Virus record (IMG/VR): IMGVR_UViG_3300016471_001132
Span: 1 to 64,000 of that record
Length of the DNA stretch: 64,000 bases
Reading direction: 5' to 3' (one strand)
DNA from: a virus
Below are positions 27,045-35,737 of the stretch, piece by piece. Under the pieces are notes generated by a model. It made no database searches and was not told where the DNA came from. It worked only from the letters and a program-made list of their open reading frames with translations. Positions within the stretch are counted from its first letter, which is position 1. Each line of letters opens with the position of its first letter. The position numbers and the translations under genes were made by a program.

Positions 27045-28572
27045 CTACGCTCTCCTCTAGGTCGTCTAGTTTGTGTTGATCTAATTCTTCTTGGGGTTCA
27101 AATTCTTCTTCTACATCAAACAGGTTGGCAAACATGGTATGTGCGTTCACTGCCCGTTTTCCGGTAAAGCCGCGTGTGCCCACAACCCTTTCCCATACTT
27201 TAGCATGATCATCGATTATGGCCAAGCTCTTTTGGCGATCGCGAGCCGCGAATATCCGATCGATGACTTTTCGAACATCATAGTCGCTGTTAGTGGGATG
27301 CACCATCATGTCCGGACAGATCCCTTGGTCGTACAAGCGATTGGCGCGCTGCACAGATTCGATGTGCATCCAAACGTTGTGACCCATCATCAGGGCGTAA
27401 CTAAAGCTGTCCCAAGATGTTTTGCCTTCTTTACCGATCTTGTTGACATCACCGGGCTTGTACACGCAGACATCTCGGATCTTCAATCGAGACGAGATAG
27501 GACTGTCTTCAAATTCTGCATGGATGCCATCTGCCATCACTGCATCACGGAAGGATCTATTGTCAGTGGCATATTTTTTGTCATCGGCTGTGGGACTCAT
27601 CTGGTATGACCATTTGCTTCGATTGTCTGCCAAAATGCTATGATAGATCTGCCCATTGGCCGTGGCCAGGAACGGACTGGCACAGTCAAAACTGATGGTG
27701 AAGTTGGAGTTGTGATACTTGCGAACAGCACGTTGGATGTCAGTGAGCAACACTGCCCATTCCAGTTTTGATGTGCCCAAGAAGTGCATCCAGTCATGCG
27801 CACCTTTTTCCAACAAGCCATCGTGGATGAGATGAACCAATCGTTTCAGCACAAGATGCACATCACACATGTTCTGGCCTCCCATGCCCCACCCATTGAA
27901 ATGATTCTTGTGTTTTGCAGGATCACAATAATCTTTCATTAGATCGTACCAGTGGTCGGCTTCGGCGTGGTTACCGCCTTGCAACACATTTAGTATCTTG
28001 GTCTCACCGTAGCGATTGGACATCCAGTATTCGTTATTGTGCTGCGTGGCTCGCACAGCATCTTCATAACTGAAGATACCGCAGGCCTGGGCAGCAATTG
28101 GATCACGGAAGGTCCATGTGGGAATATCCATGGTCATGCCATAGGTAGCAATACCCATCTGCCACTTCAATACCTTTTCGCGTTGTGCTTCGGCTTTTTT
28201 ATCAGTGAAGTCTGCCCAACGACCTGGCCACACACCCTTGGCGATCTGGAATCCTCCAGAGTCGGCCAGCATGATAGTGTTAGCATCTCTATTGCGTACC
28301 ATGTCCTCTTTGGGATCTGGCTTGTTGAGGTCTAAGTTGGCATGACCAGCTGAGTAAAGGCTCCAGCGATACGGGAACAATCCTTGTTGTGGATTGAGCC
28401 AGTTCATCTGCTCCATGTCTGGCATGGCCGAGGGCATGCGACTGGGTTCTACATAGGTAGTGGTCCTCTGCCGACCGATGTAGCTGGCGTAGAATGAACT
28501 GATGGCCGGCAGGAATATAGCATAATCATTCTGCTTGGCTGTGAGATCGTCTTGTGCGTTATTTTGATCCAT
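27037..28572 (-). CDS. dpdA: TGT-fold guanine transglycosylase, DpdA-like (alternative start 28590)
   Basis: ADSGGFQI, MTMDIP, NVLQG, GWGMGG, HFLGTS, SFDCASP, HN motifs; in the folE/queD/queE neighbourhood. Confidence 0.8.
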   Translation of the reverse strand: MDQNNAQDDLTAKQNDYAIFLPAISSFYASYIGRQRTTTYVEPSRMPSAMPDMEQMNWLNPQQGLFPYRWSLYSAGHANLDLNKPDPKEDMVRNRDANTIMLADSGGFQIAKGVWPGRWADFTDKKAEAQREKVLKWQMGIATYGMTMDIPTWTFRDPIAAQACGIFSYEDAVRATQHNNEYWMSNRYGETKILNVLQGGNHAEADHWYDLMKDYCDPAKHKNHFNGWGMGGQNMCDVHLVLKRLVHLIHDGLLEKGAHDWMHFLGTSKLEWAVLLTDIQRAVRKYHNSNFTISFDCASPFLATANGQIYHSILADNRSKWSYQMSPTADDKKYATDNRSFRDAVMADGIHAEFEDSPISSRLKIRDVCVYKPGDVNKIGKEGKTSWDSFSYALMMGHNVWMHIESVQRANRLYDQGICPDMMVHPTNSDYDVRKVIDRIFAARDRQKSLAIIDDHAKVWERVVGTRGFTGKRAVNAHTMFANLFDVEEEFEPQEELDQHKLDDLEESVDV

Positions 28573-29239
28573 AAAATTCCACAGATGCAATCAAATCGTA
28601 GTCGTCTTGATAGTGTCGCATCAATCGTTGTTTTAACTCCGGGCGTATTTGTAGTCTATTCCGGAAAAATTCCTGTATCTTCTTTTGTTCTGGATTGGAG
28701 GACCCTTGATTACGATCGAGATCGTCTTGATCCTGGAATCCAAGATAGATTGCTATATTTTTATTAAGATTTTGATCGAGGAAAAAATAAGTGCGTGGTG
28801 TTCCGGGTAGCACATCATTTATCAGTTCCGATTGAGGCCAGACATGGTCATCAAATCTGCTGGCTACATCGATAAACAATCGTTCTACGAGATCCGTGTA
28901 TTGATCAACAAAAAGATCTGCAGACAAAAAATAATCTCTGTCGGTAACAGCCATGCCATCAAACACGGGCCCATTGGGGCCATGGACACTCTGTATATAG
29001 GTGCAGATATACTGAGAGATGCCACTGATCCACCTATCCACTGGATCTCTCAATATCACAATCATTTCATTAATCCTATGATAATCTGCAGACTGGGCAG
29101 CTCGCCATCCATGCCGTGAGGCCCAGTCAAGCATGTAACTGCTGGCGTTCTTAGGTATGTTGACGATAAACTGATCGTGCCCGGGATTGATCACCCCTGA
29201 TCCATGTCCAAACCCTCGAGAGATCAATGCAGGTATCAC
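28559..29239 (-). CDS. sulfotransferase-fold protein (Sulfotransfer_2-like)
   Basis: IPKNASS (5'-PSB-like), ILRDPVDRWISG (3'-PB-like), DDH..PQ, Y..DY motifs. Confidence 0.65.
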   Translation of the reverse strand: MIPALISRGFGHGSGVINPGHDQFIVNIPKNASSYMLDWASRHGWRAAQSADYHRINEMIVILRDPVDRWISGISQYICTYIQSVHGPNGPVFDGMAVTDRDYFLSADLFVDQYTDLVERLFIDVASRFDDHVWPQSELINDVLPGTPRTYFFLDQNLNKNIAIYLGFQDQDDLDRNQGSSNPEQKKIQEFFRNRLQIRPELKQRLMRHYQDDYDLIASVEFYGSK

Positions 29240-29967
29240 TTGCTCTGTGCTGGAAGGATATAGTTGTACTCGGCGATGCCTGAATTCACTGTGATCATGG
29301 CAGCACCATCATCTGAAATCTTAACGGTCTTGTCGCCAGTGAGATCCAAGATCGAGATCACTTGTTTGACAGGCCATGCCCAAGCACGCTTGAGAGAACC
29401 TGTGATGCCAGCATGGAACACGAACTCTCCAGCGTGTGTGGAGTGATCACCAAAGAAAAACTTCAATGTATCTTTGTCTGTCTTGGCCTGGAAGTTGTTT
29501 TCTTCGGCGTTGGCCTGGGCTTGCATTTTCAGCCGCTGGATGCCGGCTATGGTAGGCTCGAACTCAATGTGCCAGTTAGCACCACGGAACTTGGCAGTCT
29601 TGAGCTTTTCTGCGATGATCTCAGAAGTCATGAAACGATAGTCGTTCTTGAAATCCCCCGACGAGTTCTTGAAATGCAGTCCCACCGGAGTAGGTGCGCC
29701 ATTGCGATCTTGTTGTGTGACTGAGATGTCGGCATTCTCTCGATACTCGCCGAGATTCAACAAAATCTTGAGTTTACTGAGATTAGGCATGCCAAAGGTT
29801 CCAATGAACTCAGGTACAGGAGCAAGGAATCGCCCTTGCACTACCACTGATTTGTCTTCGGCGATGCCGTCGATCACGGTCTCTTTGTCTGTGCCGGTGA
29901 TCTTGATCAGATCGATACAGCCAAGGTCGTAAGTGTGTTCTACTAGGTCTAATAAATGGTCTCTCAT
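29236..29967 (-). CDS. probable DNA polymerase sliding clamp (gp45-like)
   Basis: 243 aa, beta-rich, near polB; C-terminal YNYILPA; assigned by size, context and weak resemblance. Confidence 0.5.
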   Translation of the reverse strand: MRDHLLDLVEHTYDLGCIDLIKITGTDKETVIDGIAEDKSVVVQGRFLAPVPEFIGTFGMPNLSKLKILLNLGEYRENADISVTQQDRNGAPTPVGLHFKNSSGDFKNDYRFMTSEIIAEKLKTAKFRGANWHIEFEPTIAGIQRLKMQAQANAEENNFQAKTDKDTLKFFFGDHSTHAGEFVFHAGITGSLKRAWAWPVKQVISILDLTGDKTVKISDDGAAMITVNSGIAEYNYILPAQSK

Positions 29968-31097
29968 TGTGGTTTCCTTTGTTTAATGGCTTTCTTCAGT
30001 TGTTTAAGGCTATAATGATGTTCTAATCGATCCGGGGTATCGATATTTAGATCTATGGCTTTCTGTACTAAAATTCTTCTCTCATCTTGATCACTGTACA
30101 GGTTTTTAGGCTTGTTGTCAACCTGTGCTACCGGCACCGGAACAGTGTTTTTGGGTATGATCTTGGCCAAGGCCTGCCCGGCTCGCAGACTACGCCGCTT
30201 GCCCGGCTTCTGCAGTTCTATCCATGTCACTGCCCGATCTAATTCCTGTCTGAATACCACTTCAAATCCTATATGTTCACTGATGGACATTATCATCGAT
30301 CCGGGTGTGTAACACATGAACATCCTTTCGGCATTGGCCACACCACCTGATAGATCTCCATCGTTGATGCTGAAGGCAAACACTCCACCCGGCCGTAATT
30401 TTGTATAGACTTCGGTGATGTATTGTTTGATCACTTCAAATGGCTTGTAATGGAAAAAATTCCACGCAATCACGAAGCCCATCTGATCGTCGGGCAGTGA
30501 GGCCAGCATCTCTTGATCGTCTTTTTCTGCTATGGTGATCCACCGCACTCGGTTGTTGTAGACTTCATTGAATCTTGACTGTGCAGGAACCAATAGATCC
30601 ACATGATGATCAACCACATACAAAGGATCAAATGACACCATGTGATCGATCCATTCTTCCAGCCCCGGTCGCATGATTGCCGCAGGAAATTGCCAGGAAT
30701 CTCTACGGCGGATCCTGGACAGCACGAAATCTCTAGTTTGTTCTGTGATGTGTATGCGACGACCCAGTATATACTCAGGAGAATCACCGCGGCACATATC
30801 TTGATAAAGACTGTAGCTCCTAGATAGGTATGCTGGCTGATTCTTTTCTATTTCACTTACAATATCTTGTTTGATGCGATCCAAGGATGTTTGGAATTGC
30901 TGCAAACCTTCTACTATCTTGTTCTTGGCTTGTTCGAGTGCTGTGACATGAACGGCATTGGGATTTTTACAGTTGGCCACTGAGTAAATCACTGGATCGA
31001 TCTCTTGCCGTAGATAATTTACACTGCCATCGTGGGTGATCTCCTGGAGGTGTCTGCGGTAGGCCACGAGTTCAGATAGGATCATTTTAATATTCAA
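29964..31097 (-). CDS. coiled-coil plus methyltransferase-like protein (377 aa)
   Basis: IMRPG, WNFFHY, VYTKLRPGGVFAFS motifs. Confidence 0.55.
   Translation of the reverse strand: MNIKMILSELVAYRRHLQEITHDGSVNYLRQEIDPVIYSVANCKNPNAVHVTALEQAKNKIVEGLQQFQTSLDRIKQDIVSEIEKNQPAYLSRSYSLYQDMCRGDSPEYILGRRIHITEQTRDFVLSRIRRRDSWQFPAAIMRPGLEEWIDHMVSFDPLYVVDHHVDLLVPAQSRFNEVYNNRVRWITIAEKDDQEMLASLPDDQMGFVIAWNFFHYKPFEVIKQYITEVYTKLRPGGVFAFSINDGDLSGGVANAERMFMCYTPGSMIMSISEHIGFEVVFRQELDRAVTWIELQKPGKRRSLRAGQALAKIIPKNTVPVPVAQVDNKPKNLYSDQDERRILVQKAIDLNIDTPDRLEHHYSLKQLKKAIKQRKPQ
30093..30121 (-). promoter_or_regulatory. possible intragenic promoter TTGACA-N17-TACAGT upstream of the clamp-like gene
   Basis: Near-consensus spacing inside the 3' end of the 377-aa gene. 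Confidence 0.35.
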
Positions 31098-33744
31098 ACA
31101 ATGATTGGAATGTGTTATCGGTATTGGTAGATGATTCGAGATCCCACTCTAGCACTCCCAATAGGTTTTCAATCTTGCTGTCGATCACAGTGGCTTCCAT
31201 CTCGCTGTCATCAAAAGGCAACTCACGGAACCATTGCGGCAGATGCAACTCATCAGTAGGATACCCGATGCTGGTCCAGTCTAGCACGTTGGGTTTGAGT
31301 TTGCACACGATGGTCTTCATACCGTCTACTATCTGCATGCTGTAGTTGTCCCCGTTCATCTTGCGTAGACTGTTCCAATTCAAAGCTGCCCGCACATGTC
31401 CGGGCATGTTGGCACGCCCCAGTCGCTCTTCTTCTTTCTGGAATTTGGTGAGATTGTTCACACGCTTGGGTGTGCCTTTTTCCCAGCCTGGTCTTTCTTT
31501 AAACGCGAATTTAAATTGTTTGATTTTTTCTACCACTGTGTCTCTGTCACTGCCGGTCAAGACATCATTGAGCACATCGCTGAGAAAGTCTTGGATGATC
31601 TTGGGAGTATCGCTGCGTTTGAGATCCAGTCCCATGGCCTTGACCTTGCCAGGCTTGCCGTTGACATCTATGCGCTTGCCTTCTTTGTCTATGATCATCA
31701 CCGCATAGCGTTTCTTTGTGATGAACAGTCCACGGCTGGCTACCACTTCACGGCCACCTCGGATGACCGAACCCATTTCTCTGGGCACATGGAAAGCTCG
31801 TTCCATGAATGCTGGAAAACTCTGATTGACTTGATCAGCGATGCCATCGTATAAGGCGATGCAGGTTTCTTTGGACCATTCCATGCGGCCTTCTTCTACT
31901 TCCTTTTTCAGCACTGGCCATGCAGAAAAGTAACAAGAATCTGTGTCTCCATAGATGATGCATTCGCCCACATGGTCATATTTGCCCGTGATGCATTCGT
32001 TGACATAGGCATCCATGTGGTGTGCGATAGCCCGACCCGTCAGTGTGGTGCTCTGTCCGATGCGTTTGTCAAAAAATCTACAGCCAGGATTCAAGATCGC
32101 CCCATACAGACTGTTCAAGTTGATCTTCTTTACCAACTGCCGTTTGTCCCAGTACTCCTCATCTTCTTTGGTGGTACACTCTTTCAACTCGGCCTGCATC
32201 TCTTTCCGTTCTGCGTACCACCGTTTGAGCAGTCCCGGAATCACAGCCTCTGTTTCATATGTGAATATGGTACCGTTGGCACTGAGCATCCAAGGTTGGT
32301 TTGAGTCAAAGATCATCTTCCATATTTCAGCGGCACTATGCACACTCTCATCACCGTCCTTCCAGTCGACGGTGATCTCTGTGCCACGCTGTTGTTCCAT
32401 CACAGCAGTGTACTCTAAGGTACCAAACAGGCCTTCCCAGGCCGCAGCGAAACTGGACCCATTGCGCTGCTTGTCCTGGATATAATGATCGGTCATTACC
32501 GGGCGGAGTTGCCCCACGATGGTTTCTGGGCCCATGTTAAGAGCACGGATCGCTGAGGGATACAGACTGTTGATGTCGATGCTACCAACCCAGTCGTGCA
32601 TGCCTTTCTTGGGATAAGCAACATAGGCACCTGCGGCTTGCGTGTCTTCATCTGTGAACCTTTCTTTCCTTACGGGCACTACCATGCCTCGTTCGTGTGC
32701 TTCGTTGATAATGGCCTGCTCTGTCACGGCCACTGCACCCATGGTAGTGGGTAGCAATACTGTGTTTTCGTGTGCAAGAGTGTTGGCGAGATCTAAGAAC
32801 TTGAGTTTTTTATCTATGTTGGCCAGCAATTTAACGTCCTGCCGGTTGTATTCGATAAATGTCTTCCAGTTCTGATTGTAAAGCTGGTCCAAGGTACCTT
32901 CGAACGCTGTCTTGGAGCCCAGCTCTTCGTATTCACCTATGGCATCCAAACTGTAACTATGCCGCTCTTCATAGGTGTATTTGCGATACAGTTGCATGTA
33001 GTCTAGATGCACACGACCTATGAGATCGAATGTGAGATTCTCAGCACCAAAGCGTTCAAAGGTCCGTTGCTTGGGCATTTGATCCCACAGGCAAAATCTG
33101 CGTGTGTCATCTTTACTGAGCACCCGCGTGGTACGCATCACGGTGTAAGGAATATCATAACCCTCGGAGTTCCAACCGCTCAACACATCAGCATCTTGTA
33201 TGAGATTGAGGAAGGTGTCCAGCAAGTCTCGCTCTTCCCAGAACACAAAGGTGTTGGGGAATTCGGCAGCGATCTCATCGGCTGTTTCTTTGCTCATGTG
33301 GCGCGGCGGCATGACCAAGGACACCAGTTGATCCAGCCAATCGAGATACACAGAAATAGCAGTGATGGCATTGAATGGATCGTCTGGGCGGCTGAAGCCT
33401 CGCACAGGATCAAAATCTACTTCGATGTCAAAAAACGCTGTGTGGAGACGCGGTGCATCTTGTCCTTTGTAGTTTTCTTCCAAACATCGGAATATGGGAT
33501 TGATATCGCCCTCGTAGAGATTCTTGCCTTTCTGTATGGCCATTTCTTTGCGGAACTCTTTTGAGTTACGGGTGGAAAAACGGGCCACAGGTGTGCCGTA
33601 GATCGATCGGAACTTGCCCCGAGGATCGTCATAATAAAAGATGTAGTTGGCAGGAAATTCTTCGTAGTACCGTTCGCCGTCTCGGCGACCTACGATATGG
33701 ATGCGATCGTGATCACGATCAAATAATGCGTCGATGTAACTCAT
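31087..33744 (-). CDS. polB: family B DNA polymerase (T4 gp43-like) with 3'-5' exonuclease
   Basis: FDIE, GWNSEGYD, YNRQD exonuclease motifs; DINSLYPS, K...NSLYG, YGDTDS, KKRY polymerase motifs; 885 aa, uninterrupted. Confidence 0.97.
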   Translation of the reverse strand: MSYIDALFDRDHDRIHIVGRRDGERYYEEFPANYIFYYDDPRGKFRSIYGTPVARFSTRNSKEFRKEMAIQKGKNLYEGDINPIFRCLEENYKGQDAPRLHTAFFDIEVDFDPVRGFSRPDDPFNAITAISVYLDWLDQLVSLVMPPRHMSKETADEIAAEFPNTFVFWEERDLLDTFLNLIQDADVLSGWNSEGYDIPYTVMRTTRVLSKDDTRRFCLWDQMPKQRTFERFGAENLTFDLIGRVHLDYMQLYRKYTYEERHSYSLDAIGEYEELGSKTAFEGTLDQLYNQNWKTFIEYNRQDVKLLANIDKKLKFLDLANTLAHENTVLLPTTMGAVAVTEQAIINEAHERGMVVPVRKERFTDEDTQAAGAYVAYPKKGMHDWVGSIDINSLYPSAIRALNMGPETIVGQLRPVMTDHYIQDKQRNGSSFAAAWEGLFGTLEYTAVMEQQRGTEITVDWKDGDESVHSAAEIWKMIFDSNQPWMLSANGTIFTYETEAVIPGLLKRWYAERKEMQAELKECTTKEDEEYWDKRQLVKKINLNSLYGAILNPGCRFFDKRIGQSTTLTGRAIAHHMDAYVNECITGKYDHVGECIIYGDTDSCYFSAWPVLKKEVEEGRMEWSKETCIALYDGIADQVNQSFPAFMERAFHVPREMGSVIRGGREVVASRGLFITKKRYAVMIIDKEGKRIDVNGKPGKVKAMGLDLKRSDTPKIIQDFLSDVLNDVLTGSDRDTVVEKIKQFKFAFKERPGWEKGTPKRVNNLTKFQKEEERLGRANMPGHVRAALNWNSLRKMNGDNYSMQIVDGMKTIVCKLKPNVLDWTSIGYPTDELHLPQWFRELPFDDSEMEATVIDSKIENLLGVLEWDLESSTNTDNTFQSLFEY

Positions 33745-33748
33745 CTGT

Positions 33749-33801
33749 CTCCTGGCAGTTTATGGCCTGCCTGCACCGTTCTACATGCCCGTGTCGTGGG
33801 C
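33749..33801 (-). promoter_or_regulatory. tandem hairpins directly upstream of the polB SD (candidate translational operator)
   Basis: GCCC-ACGACAC-GGGC and GGCAG-GCCAUAAA-CUGCC immediately followed by AGGAG. Confidence 0.45.
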
Positions 33802-33826
33802 GAATCGCTGTTGATAATAACAGTAA

Positions 33827-34087
33827 TTATAGAGTCTTGCCCACAGTGGTCAGAATATTTTCCAACAATGAATGATCCTGCTGCTCTTTGCCAAACTCAG
33901 CTTTGTGAGCGATTCGGATGGCTTTTTTCAAGATGTTGGGCTTGATTTCTAATTCTTCGGCCACTGCCTTGATGGTGTCAGAAAGTCCACCGTTGAGGGT
34001 TTCGATCTCGTGCATGACCTGCATGCCTTCGTTGATGATCTGGGTGAGTTTGGCTTTTTGTTCTGCTGAAAAATTTCGGTTATCCAT
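33827..34087 (-). CDS. small dsDNA-binding protein / transcription regulator-like (86 aa); start revised to MDNRN at 34087
   Basis: SD AAGGAG; helical L...IK.VAEEL.I....LKKAIR pattern reminiscent of T4 DsbA-like proteins. Confidence 0.6.
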   Translation of the reverse strand: MDNRNFSAEQKAKLTQIINEGMQVMHEIETLNGGLSDTIKAVAEELEIKPNILKKAIRIAHKAEFGKEQQDHSLLENILTTVGKTL

Positions 34088-34108
34088 TGATTTCTCCTTT
34101 GCTGGACA

Positions 34109-34138
34109 ATTATATAACAAATATGTTTGGGTTGTCAA
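34109..34138 (-). promoter_or_regulatory. consensus sigma70 promoter TTGACA-N18-TATAAT
   Basis: Minus strand TTGACAACCCAAACATATTTGTTATATAAT. Confidence 0.75.
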
Positions 34139-34145
34139 AAGAATT

Positions 34146-34230
34146 TTGCTCACTTTCAATCCAAGGGTAGCGAATCCAGGACTGGGGCAGCAGCCGCCCA
34201 CTCATAACCCTAGCGGTCCTAAGGTTGAGA
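34146..34230 (-). ncRNA. candidate structured RNA (three hairpins, possible 4-way junction or pseudoknot), class unknown
   Basis: Stems ACCUUAG/CUAGGGU, GGGCGG/CUGCCC and CAGUCC/GGAUUG; alternative AGGAC/GUCCU and CUCA/UGAG pairings; GC-rich island in an AT-rich context. Confidence 0.4.
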
Positions 34231-34470
34231 TTTCAATGAATGATATACTTCTGCTTGTTCTAGTAATTCTCTCAGCCGGGGATCGTTACGACTGGCTCTC
34301 AGTATTTCAATCCATTTGAACCAAAGCCTTTCATCCTCCATCTCCTGTCTTTTTTTGTCGGATATGGAATGGAGTGTTTTTTCTGTCGAGCCCGGTCTGC
34401 GCCGATAGACTGTTTCCCCGCCGTCAGGACTTTCGTAGATGTATTTTTCTTGTGTTTGGTTCACTTGCAT
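34219..34470 (-). CDS. hypothetical protein (83 aa)
   Basis: YIYESPDGGETVYRR motif; short overlap with the upstream gene. Confidence 0.7.
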   Translation of the reverse strand: MQVNQTQEKYIYESPDGGETVYRRRPGSTEKTLHSISDKKRQEMEDERLWFKWIEILRASRNDPRLRELLEQAEVYHSLKSQP

Positions 34471-35030
34471 CCTATGACCATGAATCTGGTATAAGGGGTT
34501 TCGGGATCTTGGAGATCCAATTCTCCTTGATACAAAACTTCCTGCATAGGGAATTTATCTAAGATATCCTGAGTGCTGTGAAATTGTTGGCCGGGGTCGT
34601 GGTCTCGGGCTTGTAGTGCTACTAGAGTACCCTCGGGTACATTGTCAAACCATTCACGTCCTGGCATGTCAGTGAGGCTGGTGTTGACCACTAGACCGTT
34701 CCGATCTAACTGTCTATAATCCAGATCATTAGCATCTGCTCGCATGTGATCCACGCAGGCGGCACCGATATGATCCAGCATGCGTTTACTCTGTTTCAGA
34801 AATTTGGGATTGGTTTCCACATTGATGATGCGCTCGGTCTTGACTGCAGGATGCAGCTTCATATATAGGCTGAGATTGCCAAACCATGATCCTAGAATGT
34901 ACACAGTGCTCACACGATCTTTTATTTTAGAAAGTTCTTGTAGCAACCAAAGTTTGCTCTTGGTAAGATCATGCGTAAAACTGCCCGGGAGGCTGTATCC
35001 GCTGCTTTCAGTGAGATCTCGGATCTTCAT
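34461..35030 (-). CDS. class I methyltransferase-like protein with a CTS-like N-terminus (MKIRDLTE)
   Basis: VYILGSWFG, INVE, DANDLDY, VVNTS motifs. Confidence 0.6.
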   Translation of the reverse strand: MKIRDLTESSGYSLPGSFTHDLTKSKLWLLQELSKIKDRVSTVYILGSWFGNLSLYMKLHPAVKTERIINVETNPKFLKQSKRMLDHIGAACVDHMRADANDLDYRQLDRNGLVVNTSLTDMPGREWFDNVPEGTLVALQARDHDPGQQFHSTQDILDKFPMQEVLYQGELDLQDPETPYTRFMVIGCK

Positions 35031-35098
35031 ACCGGGCTGAAGGGGTACCGGGCGCTGTCTGTGCCGTCATCCTCGGGCCATACAGGATATTCGTTCAT
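35027..35098 (-). CDS. 23-aa micropeptide (MNEYPVWPEDDGTDSARYPFSPV)
   Basis: ATGA overlaps at both ends. Confidence 0.45.
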   Translation of the reverse strand: MNEYPVWPEDDGTDSARYPFSPV

Positions 35099-35379
35099 AC
35101 ACCCGACGCGGCTATGGCCGCTCCATTGTTGAAACTTTGGCTCCAAGAGTTGGGATTCTTTCTTTTGCGTTTGTACCAGGCATAGCCAGCTCGATGTCCT
35201 GAACAATCCTTGGTGCAAGGGCTGCCGTGGAAAGATAATTCGTCTAGTTGCTCATCTTCGTTGTGTTTCTTCCTGCCTTGGCAATGAGCACGCTGGCTAA
35301 AGCCACGAGGCCGGGCACAGTTGATCGACCGTTTGTATTTTTCGGACCACTTTTCTGATACAAACTCTTTGGCTCTCAT
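35095..35379 (-). CDS. CTS-tagged small basic two-module protein (MRAKEFVSE)
   Basis: Two Cys-containing basic modules separated by EQLDE. Confidence 0.75.
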   Translation of the reverse strand: MRAKEFVSEKWSEKYKRSINCARPRGFSQRAHCQGRKKHNEDEQLDELSFHGSPCTKDCSGHRAGYAWYKRKRKNPNSWSQSFNNGAAIAASGV

Positions 35380-35480
35380 GCCAATGCCAATCTCTTTTTC
35401 AGTTCATTGAGAGCTGCAGTCAATGATTCTGCCATGATCTGATACACAGTTTCTCCAACAGTGAAGGTATAGTTTTTCAT
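35376..35480 (-). CDS. 34-aa microprotein, not in the ORF track
   Basis: MKNYTFTVGETVYQIMAESLTAALNELKKRLALA; ATGA overlaps at both ends. Confidence 0.5.
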   Translation of the reverse strand: MKNYTFTVGETVYQIMAESLTAALNELKKRLALA

Positions 35481-35737
35481 TTTTTCTTCGTCGCCACGTT
35501 GATGGCTGCTCCTTTTCTTTCTGGATTGGGATCTTGTCTACGCTTCCTTGCTGCTGCGGATGCTCGGCCTTTTTTGCCCAAGGCATGCGCTTTGCTTTGC
35601 GGCAGACACTTGGGTTTACCTTCCTTGCTGCTGCCACGGGCGCAAGGACCCATGATCTTGCCTTGGGGATTGAATCGTACCCATTTTTCACGGAACCATT
35701 TTTTTAGGTCTTCGGTGATGAATTCCTCAGCTCTCAT
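35477..35737 (-). CDS. CTS-tagged small basic protein (MRAEEFITE)
   Basis: DLKKWFREKWV...PC...KPKCLP; highly basic. Confidence 0.75.
   Translation of the reverse strand: MRAEEFITEDLKKWFREKWVRFNPQGKIMGPCARGSSKEGKPKCLPQSKAHALGKKGRASAAARKRRQDPNPERKGAAINVATKKK

Noticed and set aside
31087-33744. Intein or intron in the DNA polymerase
   Set aside because: The 885-aa length and motif spacing match an uninterrupted gp43-like enzyme.
33827-34201. 124-aa version of the dsDNA-binding gene
   Set aside because: The upstream extension crosses a consensus promoter and the structured RNA; the SD supports the start at 34087.
34146-34230. Calling the structured element a tRNA
   Set aside because: It lacks a TTC T-loop in the right stem context, a 7-nt anticodon loop and a 7-bp acceptor stem. 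It is kept only as an unknown RNA.
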